Of a stretch of DNA of 64,000 nt, positions 39,661-49,380 are shown one piece after another (the stretch's first letter is position 1; each line of letters begins with the position of its first letter). The notes under the pieces were generated by a model. It was given only the letters and a program-made list of their open reading frames with translations, made no database searches and was not told the DNA's origin. The DNA comes from an uncultured Actinomycetes bacterium (GTDB lineage Bacteria; Actinomycetota; Thermoleophilia; Gaiellales; JAICJC01). Where the stretch lies: assembly GCA_963706075.1 (NCBI GenBank), contig CAVPLP010000001.1, forward strand, positions 4,541 to 68,540, given 5' to 3'. The position numbers were made by a program, and so were the translations under genes.

Positions 39661-40551
39661 GTGCTCACTCTCGCGACCGGCCCGATCTCGTACGCCCACG
39701 CCATCATCCTGGGCCTGCTTCAGGGCTTCTCAGAGCTGTTCCCGATCTCGAGCCTCGGCCACAGCGTGATCCTGCCGCAGCTCCTGGGCTGGGACATCCA
39801 CCAGAACGACGCGTACTTCATCACCTTCCTGATCGCCACCCATCTTGCGACGGCGATCGTCCTCTTCCTGTTCTTCCTGAAGGACTGGCTGCGGATCTTC
39901 GCCGGCATGTGGAGATCGCTCGTGGAGCGCGAGATCGCGCCCGACAACACCGACGGGCGGCTCGGCTGGCTCCTGGTGGTCGGCACGATCCCGGCCGGGA
40001 TCCTGGGCCTGCTCCTGCAGGACGCGCTTCGGAGCGTCTTCGCCTCGGCCCAGTCGGCCGCGTTCTTCCTGACGCTGAACGGCGTCCTCCTGTACGGCGC
40101 CGAGAGGCTCCGCCGCCGCGCCCCGGTGGCGGAGTCGAGCGACGCCCAGGCGTCGGACCGCCGCATCGCGACGACCACGAGCTGGCGGGACGCGCTCGGC
40201 ATCGGCGGGGCCCAGGCGATCGCCCTGATTCCCGGCTTCTCCCGAAGCGGCGCGTCGATGGGCGGCGGCCTGCTCGTCGGGCTCTCGAACGAGGACGCGG
40301 CGCGGTTCTCGTTCCTCCTGGCGACGCCGATCATCGGCGCTGCGGCCGCACTCAAGCTCCCCGACCTGTTCGGCCCAACCGGCGACGGCGTGCGCGGCCC
40401 CGCGCTCGTGGCCGCACTGTGCTCCGCGCTCACCGCCTATTTCTCGGTGCGGTTCCTGGTCCGCTATTTCGAGACCAACCGGTTGACGCCGTTCGCCGTC
40501 TACTGCTTCGTGGCCGGAATCGCCTGCTCCATCTACTTCGCGGTGACCTAG
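39661..40551 (+). CDS. uppP: Undecaprenyl-diphosphate phosphatase
   Basis: BacA/UppP motifs LLQGFSELFPISSLGHS and IPGFSRSGASM. 296 aa, intact. Confidence 0.9.
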   Translation: MLTLATGPISYAHAIILGLLQGFSELFPISSLGHSVILPQLLGWDIHQNDAYFITFLIATHLATAIVLFLFFLKDWLRIFAGMWRSLVEREIAPDNTDGRLGWLLVVGTIPAGILGLLLQDALRSVFASAQSAAFFLTLNGVLLYGAERLRRRAPVAESSDAQASDRRIATTTSWRDALGIGGAQAIALIPGFSRSGASMGGGLLVGLSNEDAARFSFLLATPIIGAAAALKLPDLFGPTGDGVRGPALVAALCSALTAYFSVRFLVRYFETNRLTPFAVYCFVAGIACSIYFAVT

Positions 40552-40667
40552 CGCCCGCCCCGGATTGGAGAACCGTGAGAGCCGCGGCGATCCGGACCGA
40601 ACTCGCGGCCGCACGATTGCGTCACACACGTCGTGCCCGCTTCGACGACGTCGACCGGCTGGAGCCC

Positions 40668-40868
40668 ATGAGCGCCCGCCGCCTCCTCTCGCCGCGGTAC
40701 GTCCGCCGGCGCCTGCGCTGCATGCGTGTCGGCCACAAGTGGGTGTACCACCGCCCGTCGCTCGAGTCCGACGAGCGACTGCGGCGGTGCCTTCGCTGCT
40801 CGCGATGGGAGCACGTCCGCGACCGTCCGAGCCCGGCCAGGGACGCGAGCTCTCAGCCGGCGCGGTAG
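40668..40868 (+). CDS. Possible small Cys/His (zinc-ribbon-like) protein
   Basis: 66 aa, MSARRLL..RCMRVGHKWVYH..CLRCSRWEH. Arg-rich, so coding status is uncertain. Confidence 0.35.
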   Translation: MSARRLLSPRYVRRRLRCMRVGHKWVYHRPSLESDERLRRCLRCSRWEHVRDRPSPARDASSQPAR

Positions 40869-40877
40869 CCGCCCCGC

Positions 40878-41285
40878 TCAGGTCGCGTTCGCGGCCTCGT
40901 ACTCCGCGTCGGTGACGTGGTCGCCCCACGCGGCCACGCTGCCCTCGTCGTCCACGTCGAGGAGTGCGAGGTGGGTCATGAAGCGGTTCGACGTCGCGCC
41001 GTGCCAGTGATCCTCGCCGGGCTCGAAGAAGACGCGGTCGCCGGGGCGGATCACCTCGACCTGCCCGCCGCGGCGCTGTGCGAGGCCCACGCCCTCGGTG
41101 ACCCAGATCGTCTGGCCGTTCGGGTGGGTGTGCCAGGCAGTCCGCGCGCCCGGTGTGAAGTGCACGCTGCTCGCGCTCAGCCGCGAGCCGTCCGACGGGC
41201 TCGCCACCGTGTCGATGTAGACGGTGCCCGTGAACCAGTCGCTCGGCCCGCGGCCGGTCTCGAGGCCGTTCCTGGTGATCTGCAT
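40878..41285 (-). CDS. Cupin-domain protein
   Basis: ATG at 41283-41285. 135 aa. Motifs: HFTPGARTAWHTHPNGQTIWVTEG and GDRVFFEPGEDHWHGA. Confidence 0.8.
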   Translation of the reverse strand: MQITRNGLETGRGPSDWFTGTVYIDTVASPSDGSRLSASSVHFTPGARTAWHTHPNGQTIWVTEGVGLAQRRGGQVEVIRPGDRVFFEPGEDHWHGATSNRFMTHLALLDVDDEGSVAAWGDHVTDAEYEAANAT

Positions 41286-41403
41286 TGGGGTGCCTCCTGG
41301 GGATCGGGACCCGCAGTCAACCATGCGGCGTTCGCTGGAGGCGCAGCCTGCCGGTGGTACGGTTCGTCGCCGAGGCACGGCCACCACCCGGGACAGGGGA
41401 AGC

Positions 41404-42881
41404 GTGAGACGAGTCATCTTGCTCGCGGCGGCCTGCGCCGGGCTCGTCACTCTGACCGGCGCGTCGCCAGGCGTCGGCGCCGCTTCGCCGCCCACCGGGG
41501 CGATCATCGACCTCGACTTCGGGAACATCTCCGGCTCCAAGGTGCCGGATGCGTCGGGAAGCGCGAACGACGGCACGGGAAAGAAGGGCGGCGCCGGGTC
41601 ACAGACCAGCTGGAGCCCGACCACGACCCCGGACTCGCAGGGGATTCCCGCTGTTGTCTTCGACGGGACGCAGAAGGAGCGCATCGAGATTCCGAACACC
41701 GCGGGCAGCCTCGATGTCGATCACTTCTCGATCCTGGTGCGGTTCACGCTGCATCCGTCGGTGGATACCGATCCCGCACACCAGCGGTATGAGCTCATGG
41801 AGAAGGCGGGGAGCTTCTGGTTCAACGTGCGCGAGGACACGACCCCCAGGTACCTGCTTCGCGTGGGCGGGTTCTTTCACGGCAACGCCGCCGACACGTT
41901 CACCGGGACGCGGGTCATCCCGGGCAACACCCTCACATGGGCAGTCGCCACCTACGACGGCGCGCACCTGCGGACATACGTCGCCGACGGGGACGGCACC
42001 AACCTCGCCCTCGACAGGAGCGTTGCCCAGACGGGCACCCTGGATACGGGTGCAACCATCACCGGCGTCGACGAGAACCTGGTGGTCGGCGCCAAGCACC
42101 GGAAGGGACACGCTCCCGGCGGGAGCGGCACGAATGAGGATGTTGAGGCGTTCTTCAACGGCACGATGTCGCGATTCATCGTGTACGGCACCGCGCTCAC
42201 GCAGCGTCAGATCTCCTCGGTCATCTCGGGCCAGGGTACGAGCGCGAAGCCAGGCCCCGTGCACGCACACTTCATCCAGCGGTCGGTCATGAGCACTGGC
42301 GCCAGTCCTACCGTCCCCTACAAGATCTCGTGGACGCCGGGAACATGTCCCACCGGCTCGACGTACACCCTCACCGCGACAACCGACGGAAGCCCGGGTG
42401 CGCCCCACACGGGTACGACGCTCAGCGCGACGATCAATCTTCCCGTCGGATCGAGCAACACGATCGCCGTTGACTGCGGCGGTGCCGGCTCCGTCTCGAA
42501 CTTCACGTCGACCGGGTATCAGGAGGGCGGCGCCTCGTACACGGGGACATGGCGGAGCGCGAGCCTCGCAGGGGCGTGGGGCGGCACGACCAGGTCCACG
42601 ACCGCCGCCTCGGCGTCTGCGACGTTCCACTGCTCGTCGTGCCGGGCGCTCGCCTGGGTGACCGATGAGGACTCGGCTCACGGCTCGGCCAGGGTCTACG
42701 TCGACGGAGTGCTGAAGGCGACCGTGAACACGCGGTCGTCACCTAGACTGACCCGCGTGATCGCCTCCACGTTTGAGTGGGCGAGCGACGGCGCCCACAC
42801 GTTGAAGATCGTGAACGCCGCCAGCGGCGGGCATCCGCGGATCGACGTCGACGGGTTCCTCGACCCAGAGCTAGCGGTTGA
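41404..42881 (+). CDS. Secreted LamG/concanavalin-like lectin-fold protein; 3' end unresolved
   Basis: GTG at 41404 (alternative ATG at 41323). Signal peptide VRRVILLAAACAGLVTLTGASPGVGAA. LamG-like features: FSILVRF and LVVGAK..FNGTMSRFIVYG. The in-frame ORF has no stop and runs as Arg-rich nonsense over the next gene. Both other frames stop at 42872-42881. Confidence 0.6.
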
Positions 42882-44353
42882 CCGGCGACGGTTCGCATGC
42901 GGTCGTGATCGCCGGAGGAGGCCCGACGGGCTTGATGCTGGCGGGCGAGCTGGCGTTGGCGGGGGTCGACGTCGCCATCGTCGAGCGGCGCCCCACCCAG
43001 GAGCTGGCCGGCGCGCGCGCAGGCGGTCTGCACGCACGGACGATCGAGGTTCTCGACCAGCGCGGGATCGCCGACCGGTTCCTCTCGCAGGGGACGGAAG
43101 CTCAGGTCGCGGGGTTCGCGTGGATCCGCCTCGACATCAGCGACTTCCCAACCCGGCACCCGTACGGGCTCGGACTGTGGCAGAACCACATCGAGCGCAT
43201 CCTGGCCGAATGGGTCGACGAGCTGGCCGTGCCGATCCATCGCAGCCGCGAGGTGACGGGGTTCGCACAGGACGATGCGGGCGTCGACGTCGAGCTGTCC
43301 GAGGGCGGGCCGCTGCGGGCGGAGTACCTCGTCGGGTGCGACGGGGGACGCAGCCTGATCCGAAAGACAGCCGGTATCGAGTTCGCCGGGTGGGATGCGA
43401 CGACGAGCTGCATCATCGCCGAGGTCGAGATGGCCGAGGAGCCGCAGTGGGGCTTGGGCCGCGACTCCCGTGGCCCCTACGGCATCTCTCGGATGGAGGG
43501 CGGTGGGCCGATTCGGGTCCTGGTGACCGAGGAGCACGTCGGGCCCGCCGCCGATCCCACGCTGGCCGACCTCGGCGAGGCGCTCATCGCCGTGTACGGG
43601 AGCGACTACGGAGTCCACAGTCCGACGTGGATCTCCCGGTTCAGCGACATGGCCCGGCAGGCGGCGGCGTACCGCAAGGGACGGGTGCTCCTGGCCGGCG
43701 ACGCGGCCCACGTGCACTCCCCGGCGGGCGGACAGGGCCTCAACATCGGCGTGCAGGACGCGGTGAACCTGGGATGGAAGCTGGCCCAGGTGGTGAACGG
43801 GACGTCGCCGGAGAGCCTGCTCGAGACGTACCACGCCGAGCGCCACCCGGTCGCTGCCCGCGTCCTGCGAAACGCGATGGCGGCGACCGCGCTCCTTCGG
43901 GGCGACGACCATACCGAGGCCCTGCGCGAGACCATGTCGGAGCTGCTCGGCATGGACGAGCCGCGCAAGCGGTTCGCCGCGATGATGTCCGGGCTGGGAG
44001 TCCAGTACGACCTCGGCGAGGGGCACCCGCTGCTCGGGCGCCGCATGCCCGATCTCGACCTGGTGACCGCCGACGGCCCGCTGCGGGTCTTCACCCTGCT
44101 GCACGATGCCCGGCCGGTGCTCCTCAATCTCGGTGAGCCCGGCAGCATCGACATCGCCCCATGGGCGGACCGGGTCCAGCTGGTCGACGCCGAGTACGCC
44201 GGCGCCTGGGAGCTCCCGGCACTCGGAGCGGTCACCGCTCCCACGGCGGTGCTGGTGCGTCCCGACGGATACGTGGCCTGGGTGGGCGACGGAACCGAGC
44301 TGGGGCTCGATGACGCGCTCACCACCTGGTTCGGACAGCCGGCGGCGCCGTAG
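42878..44353 (+). CDS. FAD-dependent aromatic-ring monooxygenase
   Basis: TTG at 42878. Motifs: VVIAGGGPTGLMLAGELA and LAGDAAHVHSPAGGQGLNIGVQDAVNLGWKL. 491 aa, intact. Confidence 0.85.
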   Translation: MTGDGSHAVVIAGGGPTGLMLAGELALAGVDVAIVERRPTQELAGARAGGLHARTIEVLDQRGIADRFLSQGTEAQVAGFAWIRLDISDFPTRHPYGLGLWQNHIERILAEWVDELAVPIHRSREVTGFAQDDAGVDVELSEGGPLRAEYLVGCDGGRSLIRKTAGIEFAGWDATTSCIIAEVEMAEEPQWGLGRDSRGPYGISRMEGGGPIRVLVTEEHVGPAADPTLADLGEALIAVYGSDYGVHSPTWISRFSDMARQAAAYRKGRVLLAGDAAHVHSPAGGQGLNIGVQDAVNLGWKLAQVVNGTSPESLLETYHAERHPVAARVLRNAMAATALLRGDDHTEALRETMSELLGMDEPRKRFAAMMSGLGVQYDLGEGHPLLGRRMPDLDLVTADGPLRVFTLLHDARPVLLNLGEPGSIDIAPWADRVQLVDAEYAGAWELPALGAVTAPTAVLVRPDGYVAWVGDGTELGLDDALTTWFGQPAAP

Positions 44354-44474
44354 CTACGGCGGACTCCGCCAACGGAGCTCGGTGGTGAGAATCGACGGCA
44401 CATGTTTGCCCCGTTGTCTCTCCGTCTAGCCTGATAGGATCGCTGCCAGGGCAGTGGCAGGAAAGGGGTCTGGT

Positions 44475-45569
44475 ATGACGGGCAGTTGGCGTGTCGCGAC
44501 GTGCGCCGCGTTCGTGAGTGCCATTTCGCTGATCGCACCAGCTTCGGCACTCGCGGCAACCTCGGGGACGGTTGATCCGGACCCCATCACGATCGACAAC
44601 ATCGAGATCGGCACGACGGGCTCGCTCCAGGTCACGATCACGAACACGGGCGATGCGAACGAGACGGTCACCTCGAACGTGACCGATCCCGCGCACTTCT
44701 CGGCAAGCGGACCGTGCGACACGGCGACGCTGACGCCAACGTCGACGTGCACGGAGACGATCGACTTCGCCCCGGATAGGTTCGGTCCGGCATCGGCGAC
44801 GCTGACGGTCGAGTTCACGAACCAGTCCGACGCGACGACCGCGGATGTCATGGTTCCGGTGAATGCGACCGCGGTCCACCCGCCGATCCACGTCCAGTCG
44901 ACCCAACTCCGGCCAAGCTTCATCTACCCGCTCGTCCGAGACGGGTACCGCGACTTCGCCAACTACACCTTCACGCTCAACGAGGCGGCCAGCGGCAGGG
45001 TACAGGTCGTCAACACCAACGGGCGGGTGCGCCAGACCTTCCCGTTCTCGAACCGGTCGAGCATGACCGTGGCCTGGGGCGGGCACGCGTCGAACGGCGC
45101 CAAGGTCAAGCCGGGCAAGTATCGGTTCCGCGTCGTCGCCCACTTGCCCGGGCGCAACGCCACCAGCGGCTACCTGCACGTCGACGTCAGGACAGGCTTC
45201 AAGACCGTGGTCAAGCGCGGGAAGAAGACCAAGAACGGGATCGACTGGAGCTCACGAAGCACCGGCGCCGACGATGTCGGCGGCAACTGCAACTGGGACC
45301 ACATCCAGCAGAGCCTGCTCACGACGTGCCTGTTCGCACACGCCGACATCGTCTACACCTTCAGCGTTCCGCGAAACGCGAAGATCACGAGCTTCAGCCA
45401 CAGCGTCGAAGCCGGCGTCGCCCGCTGCTTCAACAAATCATGGAAGACCACCCACTCCGGCGGCATCTACCGCGCCACCTTCCACCACGGGAACCCGAAC
45501 AACTTCTCCCAGTGCCTGGTCAACCACCTCGCCGTCAGCTACCGCACCTCGAAGCGCGTGCGGATCTGA
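44475..45569 (+). CDS. Secreted protein with Ig-like beta-sandwich domains (FlgD-Ig-like segment)
   Basis: Signal peptide MTGSWRVATCAAFVSAISLIAPASALA. Contains VNTNGRVRQTF..WGGHASNGAKVKPGKYRFRVVA. By eye its codon usage is more A/T-rich than its neighbours. Confidence 0.65.
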   Translation: MTGSWRVATCAAFVSAISLIAPASALAATSGTVDPDPITIDNIEIGTTGSLQVTITNTGDANETVTSNVTDPAHFSASGPCDTATLTPTSTCTETIDFAPDRFGPASATLTVEFTNQSDATTADVMVPVNATAVHPPIHVQSTQLRPSFIYPLVRDGYRDFANYTFTLNEAASGRVQVVNTNGRVRQTFPFSNRSSMTVAWGGHASNGAKVKPGKYRFRVVAHLPGRNATSGYLHVDVRTGFKTVVKRGKKTKNGIDWSSRSTGADDVGGNCNWDHIQQSLLTTCLFAHADIVYTFSVPRNAKITSFSHSVEAGVARCFNKSWKTTHSGGIYRATFHHGNPNNFSQCLVNHLAVSYRTSKRVRI

Positions 45570-45692
45570 CGCTGTGGGATTGGCGACAGACCGAGTTCGC
45601 CGACTTCGTGACAGCGAGGGCGCACGTGCGTGTCGCTTCGCCTAGCCCCAGCTGGGGTGACCGCACCTCATGTGGTTGGCAGCGCGGGTCAC

Positions 45693-45884
45693 CTACCTCG
45701 GCTCCTCCCGTTGCCGGAGCAGCGCGGCGGCGTTCGCAAGGAGGACGACCGTTAGAACGATCATGACGACGAGAAACCTCTCGCTTGGGTTGTGGGCGAT
45801 GCTGTAGATCGCCCACCCCACGACAAGAACGGCGACAACCAAGGCCCACGCAGCTCGGTATGCCAGGCGACCGACCCGAATCAT
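45693..45884 (-). CDS. Small two-TM membrane protein
   Basis: ATG at 45882-45884. 63 aa (MIRVGRLAYRAAWALVVAVLVVGW..). Confidence 0.5.
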   Translation of the reverse strand: MIRVGRLAYRAAWALVVAVLVVGWAIYSIAHNPSERFLVVMIVLTVVLLANAAALLRQREEPR

Positions 45885-45917
45885 GCTGCACACCCCCTGC
45901 GGATGGATCATTGTGAC

Positions 45918-45935
45918 GGGACGCGGCCGCGTCCC
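45918..45935. terminator. Perfect 18-bp GC palindrome GGGACGCGGCCGCGTCCC
   Basis: Lies between the CDF stop (46050) and the small membrane gene. Hairpin-forming, with no U-tract. Confidence 0.35.
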
Positions 45936-46049
45936 ACGATCGCTGGGGCCGTTCGTCCGCTTCTTACTGTACCCGCCCGGGAACCCCAACGGTCCGCAGC
46001 GGCACCGCTCGATTACGACCTCGATGGTGGGCCGTCCCGCCGGGTTACG

Positions 46050-46841
46050 TCAGTGGTCGTGCTGGTCGATCTCGCCGGGCTCGGTGGTGGAGACAACGCG
46101 CCAGGAGTCCCATGTGATCTTCAGGATGACGAGGGTGATGGCAAGGCCGATCAGCGGGTCTGCGCGCGGGAGGCCAAGGGCGACGAGGGCGGCGCTGGCG
46201 ATCACGGACAGGGAGACGAACCCGTCGACGCGAGCGTGGTTTCCGTCGGCGATCAGCGCGGGGCTGTGGAGTCGCCTGCCGGCTCGGAGCCTGACCTGTG
46301 CGGCGATCTCGTTGCCGATGAAGCCGATCACGCCGGCGGCTGCGAGCACCCATAGGTGGGTGAGCGTCTGGGGGTGCAGGAGGCGTTGGAGCGCTTCGTA
46401 GAAGGCGACGCAGGCGGAGAAGAAGATGACCGCGACGACGGCCAAGCCGGCGAGTTTCTCGCCGCGGAAGCTGCGAAGCAGAAAGGCGATTCCAAGTGGG
46501 ATGGCGGTGAGCGCGTCGCCGAAGTTGTGGATCAGGTCGGCGAGCAGCGCGACCGATCCTGAGGCGATAAAGATCAGCGTCTGCGCGAGGGCTGCCACGC
46601 CGAGCACGGTGAGGCTGAGCGCGACCGCTTTGACCCCTTCGCGGGAACGGATGATCGAGCGATCGATCAGGCCGTGGGAGTGGCCGTGCCCCGTATCGCC
46701 GGATGGTGAGTCGTGGTGAGGGTGGTCGTGGTCGTGAGCGGCAGGATCGCTGTGGTCCTGCCCGATTGGGTGCTCGTGCTCGTGTTCATGCTCGAGGGCG
46801 CCATGGTGGTGTGTGTGGGTGTGCCGGGCGACGGCCATCAT
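46050..46841 (-). CDS. Cation diffusion facilitator with a His-rich N-terminus and no C-terminal cytoplasmic domain
   Basis: ATG ATG at 46836-46841. N-terminus HTHTHHHGALEHEHEHEH..HDHDHPHHD..GHGHSHG. TM metal-site motifs LLADLIHNFGDAL and IADGNHARVD. The protein ends about 15 aa after TM6. Confidence 0.8.
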   Translation of the reverse strand: MMAVARHTHTHHHGALEHEHEHEHPIGQDHSDPAAHDHDHPHHDSPSGDTGHGHSHGLIDRSIIRSREGVKAVALSLTVLGVAALAQTLIFIASGSVALLADLIHNFGDALTAIPLGIAFLLRSFRGEKLAGLAVVAVIFFSACVAFYEALQRLLHPQTLTHLWVLAAAGVIGFIGNEIAAQVRLRAGRRLHSPALIADGNHARVDGFVSLSVIASAALVALGLPRADPLIGLAITLVILKITWDSWRVVSTTEPGEIDQHDH

Positions 46842-46897
46842 CGAATCAGAGTACCCCCGCTCCGCCGGGAATCCTGCCGCTGTAGCTCGGCCAGGGT

Positions 46898-48143
46898 TCA
46901 TGGCGCGTCGGGCGTGAGCGGCACTCGTCGGAACATCCGCCAGAAGGCGACGTCGTAGGCGCTCTTGAGGGTGCCGGCGATGACGAACGGCGCCGCCAGG
47001 GTGGACGCCTGGACGAGGGCGCCGGCGATGATCGGGGCAAGGGGGCGGGTGGCGTAGCGGGCGCTGTTGGTGTACGCGGCTGCGGCGGTGCGCTCGTCGG
47101 GTTGGACGACGGCGACGACGTAGGCCTGGCGGGCGGGGACGTCCATCTGGCCGAGCAGGAAGCGGCCCAGCAGCAGCGCGATGGCGACCTCGAGGTTGGG
47201 TGCGAACGGCACCGCGATCAGGAGCAGGTTCGAGGGCAGGTGGGTGAACACCATCGTGCGCAGCAGCCCGATCCGCTCCGCGAGTCGCACCGCCACCTGG
47301 AACGAGCCGGCCTGGAGCAGGCCGATGGCGAAGAAGACGACGGCGAGCGTCTCGGGTGAGGCGTGGAAGCGGCGCGTGAACCAGTAGGCGATGAAGCTCT
47401 GGATGACGAAGCCGCCGCCGAAGCTGTCCAGCGCAAACAGCATCGACATCCGCTGGACAATGCCTTTCGACCGGCGCAGCTGCGAGTGGCGCTCCGGCCC
47501 GGGCGCGGCGATCGGCTCGATGCCGTTGGAGAGGCGCGCGGCGAAGGGAAACGCTGCCGCGGCGGCGAGCGGGTAGATCAGCAGCCAGCGCTGAGGAGTG
47601 GCCGCGTCGAGCAGCGCGGGGAGGCCGGCCGCGAGCGCGCCGAGTGACCCGGTGAGGGTGGCGACGGTGTTGTACGTCCCGAAGAGTCGCGATGTCTGAC
47701 CGGGCGCGGCGGTCTGGGGAAGCATGGCCTGCTCGAGGGAGGTGAACGGACCGGACTCGACGACGTCGGTGGAGACGGTGCCGGTCAGCGCGGCCAGCAC
47801 GAGCAGCGGCAGGCTCTGGGTGAGCGCGAACACCGTGCCCGCCACCGCCATCCCGAACAGCAGAGCGCGGTAGGCGGTGCGCCGGCCGATCTGGTCGCCG
47901 TAGCGGCCCAGCGCGACGGAGGCGAGCGCCGCGCCCAGCAGGATGGCGGCGAACACCACGTCCGACCTGAGTGCCGGAGAGTTGCGATTGGGCGAGGCCG
48001 ACGCCGATCAGGACGCTGCCGACGCCGTAGGCGAACGCGCGCAGCGCCTGGACGGTGATGATCAGGCGGGCATCGCGGGTCAGGCCGACTCGGCCCCGGC
48101 CTGGCGCTTGCACCACTGATACAGCGCGTCGTACACCGGCCAT
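46898..48143 (-). pseudogene. MFS transporter, one +1 break; start uncertain
   Basis: ORF 46898..47959 is TM-rich. The N-terminal helices (LIITVQALRAFAYGVGSVLIGVGLA) lie in the frame of ORF 46050..48143 before extra nt 47960. Confidence 0.7.
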
Positions 48144-48523
48144 TCCAGCTCGAGCTGGCGGTGGTCGTCGTCAGGGACGAGGTAGTGGAACCCCTCGGCC
48201 ACCGCCTGCAGGCCGGGCGACTGCGGCGTCGCGTCGCGGTCTTCGGCGACGTCGGCGCCGTGCACGATCCGCGCCAGCAGGTGCACCGCGGGGTCGCTGA
48301 TCTCGTACTCCTCGACCAGCACTTCGAACGAGCACAGCCCGTCGCGGTGGGTGTAGCGCGCGCCCTTGGCGTCGTAGGAGTGCGCGCCCTCGCGATCCGC
48401 GACGGCCAGCACCTCATCGGCCGGGACGTAGAGGAACTCGGCGTCGGCGTCGATGAAGTTCTTGATCAGCCAGGGGCAGGCGATCCGGTCGGTCTTGGGG
48501 TGCTCGCGGGTGACCCACTTCAT
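48080..48523 (-). CDS. ChrB C-terminal-domain (chromate resistance) protein
   Basis: MKWVTREHPKTDRIACPWLIKNFID. 147 aa. The ATG overlaps the upstream stop (ATGA). Confidence 0.75.
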   Translation of the reverse strand: MKWVTREHPKTDRIACPWLIKNFIDADAEFLYVPADEVLAVADREGAHSYDAKGARYTHRDGLCSFEVLVEEYEISDPAVHLLARIVHGADVAEDRDATPQSPGLQAVAEGFHYLVPDDDHRQLELEWPVYDALYQWCKRQAGAESA

Positions 48524-48843
48524 GGCTGCTCCTTGGTGAGCGCGTTCAGGTTGAGGTAGCCGCCGGCAACCTCGTAGCGTGTGATCGGGTGGTAGTCGAC
48601 GGATCGGTGCGTGTCGGATGCGGTGAGCCGGTCGCGGTCAGGCGTCGCGATCCAGGCGTCGAACACCTCGTGCGACGGCCACGCGGTGATGACCACCGTC
48701 TCGCCCGCGCCGTCGGATGGTTCGAGCACGAGCTCGGCCAGGATCCCGTGTTCCTGGCGCAGCTCGCGGTTCTCGTCGATCCACGCCAGGAAACCCTCGC
48801 GCTCGCTCGCGGGGACGTCGACGGTGCGCAGGCAGACGATCAT
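48520..48843 (-). CDS. ABM (antibiotic biosynthesis monooxygenase-like) domain protein
   Basis: ATG at 48841-48843. 107 aa, MIVCLRTVDVPASEREGFLAWI..ITAWPSHEVFDAW. Confidence 0.6.
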   Translation of the reverse strand: MIVCLRTVDVPASEREGFLAWIDENRELRQEHGILAELVLEPSDGAGETVVITAWPSHEVFDAWIATPDRDRLTASDTHRSVDYHPITRYEVAGGYLNLNALTKEQP

Positions 48844-48877
48844 CGTGCTGGCCACACTACTCCCGAATACCTTGATG

Positions 48878-48893
48878 TGCAACCGTGGTTGCA
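48878..48893. promoter_or_regulatory. 7-2-7 perfect inverted repeat TGCAACC-GT-GGTTGCA in the divergent chr promoter region
   Basis: Sits in the 63-nt gap between the ABM start (48843) and the ChrB-N start (48907). Confidence 0.45.
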
Positions 48894-48906
48894 GTACGGT
48901 TGTCGG

Positions 48907-49380
48907 GTGTCGCGCATCCACTGGGTCATGCTCGTCTATCGCCTGCCACGCACGCCCTCAACACCGCGCATCAACCTGTGGCGCAAGCTGCGCCGCCTCG
49001 GCGTAGCCCAGGTGGTGGACGGCGTGGTCGCACTGCCGCTCGACAGCCGAAACCGCGAGCAGCTCGAGTGGCTGGCTGACGAGGTGGTCGAGGCCGGCGG
49101 CGATGCCACCATCTGGGTATCACAGACCGCGACCGCGGCCCAGGAGCGCGCGCTCGCCGCCGAGATGGCAGGGCGTGTCGCCGAGGAGTATCGAGCGATC
49201 ACCGCCGCTGCGCAGGGTGCGGTCGGGGGTGGCGAGGTCCAGCGGCGGCGCACGCTGGCGCGGCTGCGTCGTGAGCTGCGCCGGGTCGGATCGCGGGACC
49301 ACTTCCCACCGCCCGAGCGCGACGAGGCGCGGGCAGCGGTCGAGCGACTCGCCGCTCTGAGCGTGGAGGTGGCGCGATGA
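48907..49380 (+). CDS. ChrB N-terminal-domain protein
   Basis: GTG at 48907 (alternative ATG at 48928). WVMLVYRLPRTPSTPRINLWRKLRRLG. The stop overlaps the next ATG. Confidence 0.7.
   Translation: MSRIHWVMLVYRLPRTPSTPRINLWRKLRRLGVAQVVDGVVALPLDSRNREQLEWLADEVVEAGGDATIWVSQTATAAQERALAAEMAGRVAEEYRAITAAAQGAVGGGEVQRRRTLARLRRELRRVGSRDHFPPPERDEARAAVERLAALSVEVAR

Noticed and set aside
46050-48143. Single 697-aa ORF that seems to fuse the MFS and CDF transporters.
   Set aside because: Only the last 263 codons (the CDF) and a short N-terminal stretch are protein-like. The middle is the MFS gene read out of frame. Separate genes fit better: 46898..48143 with one break, and 46050..46841.
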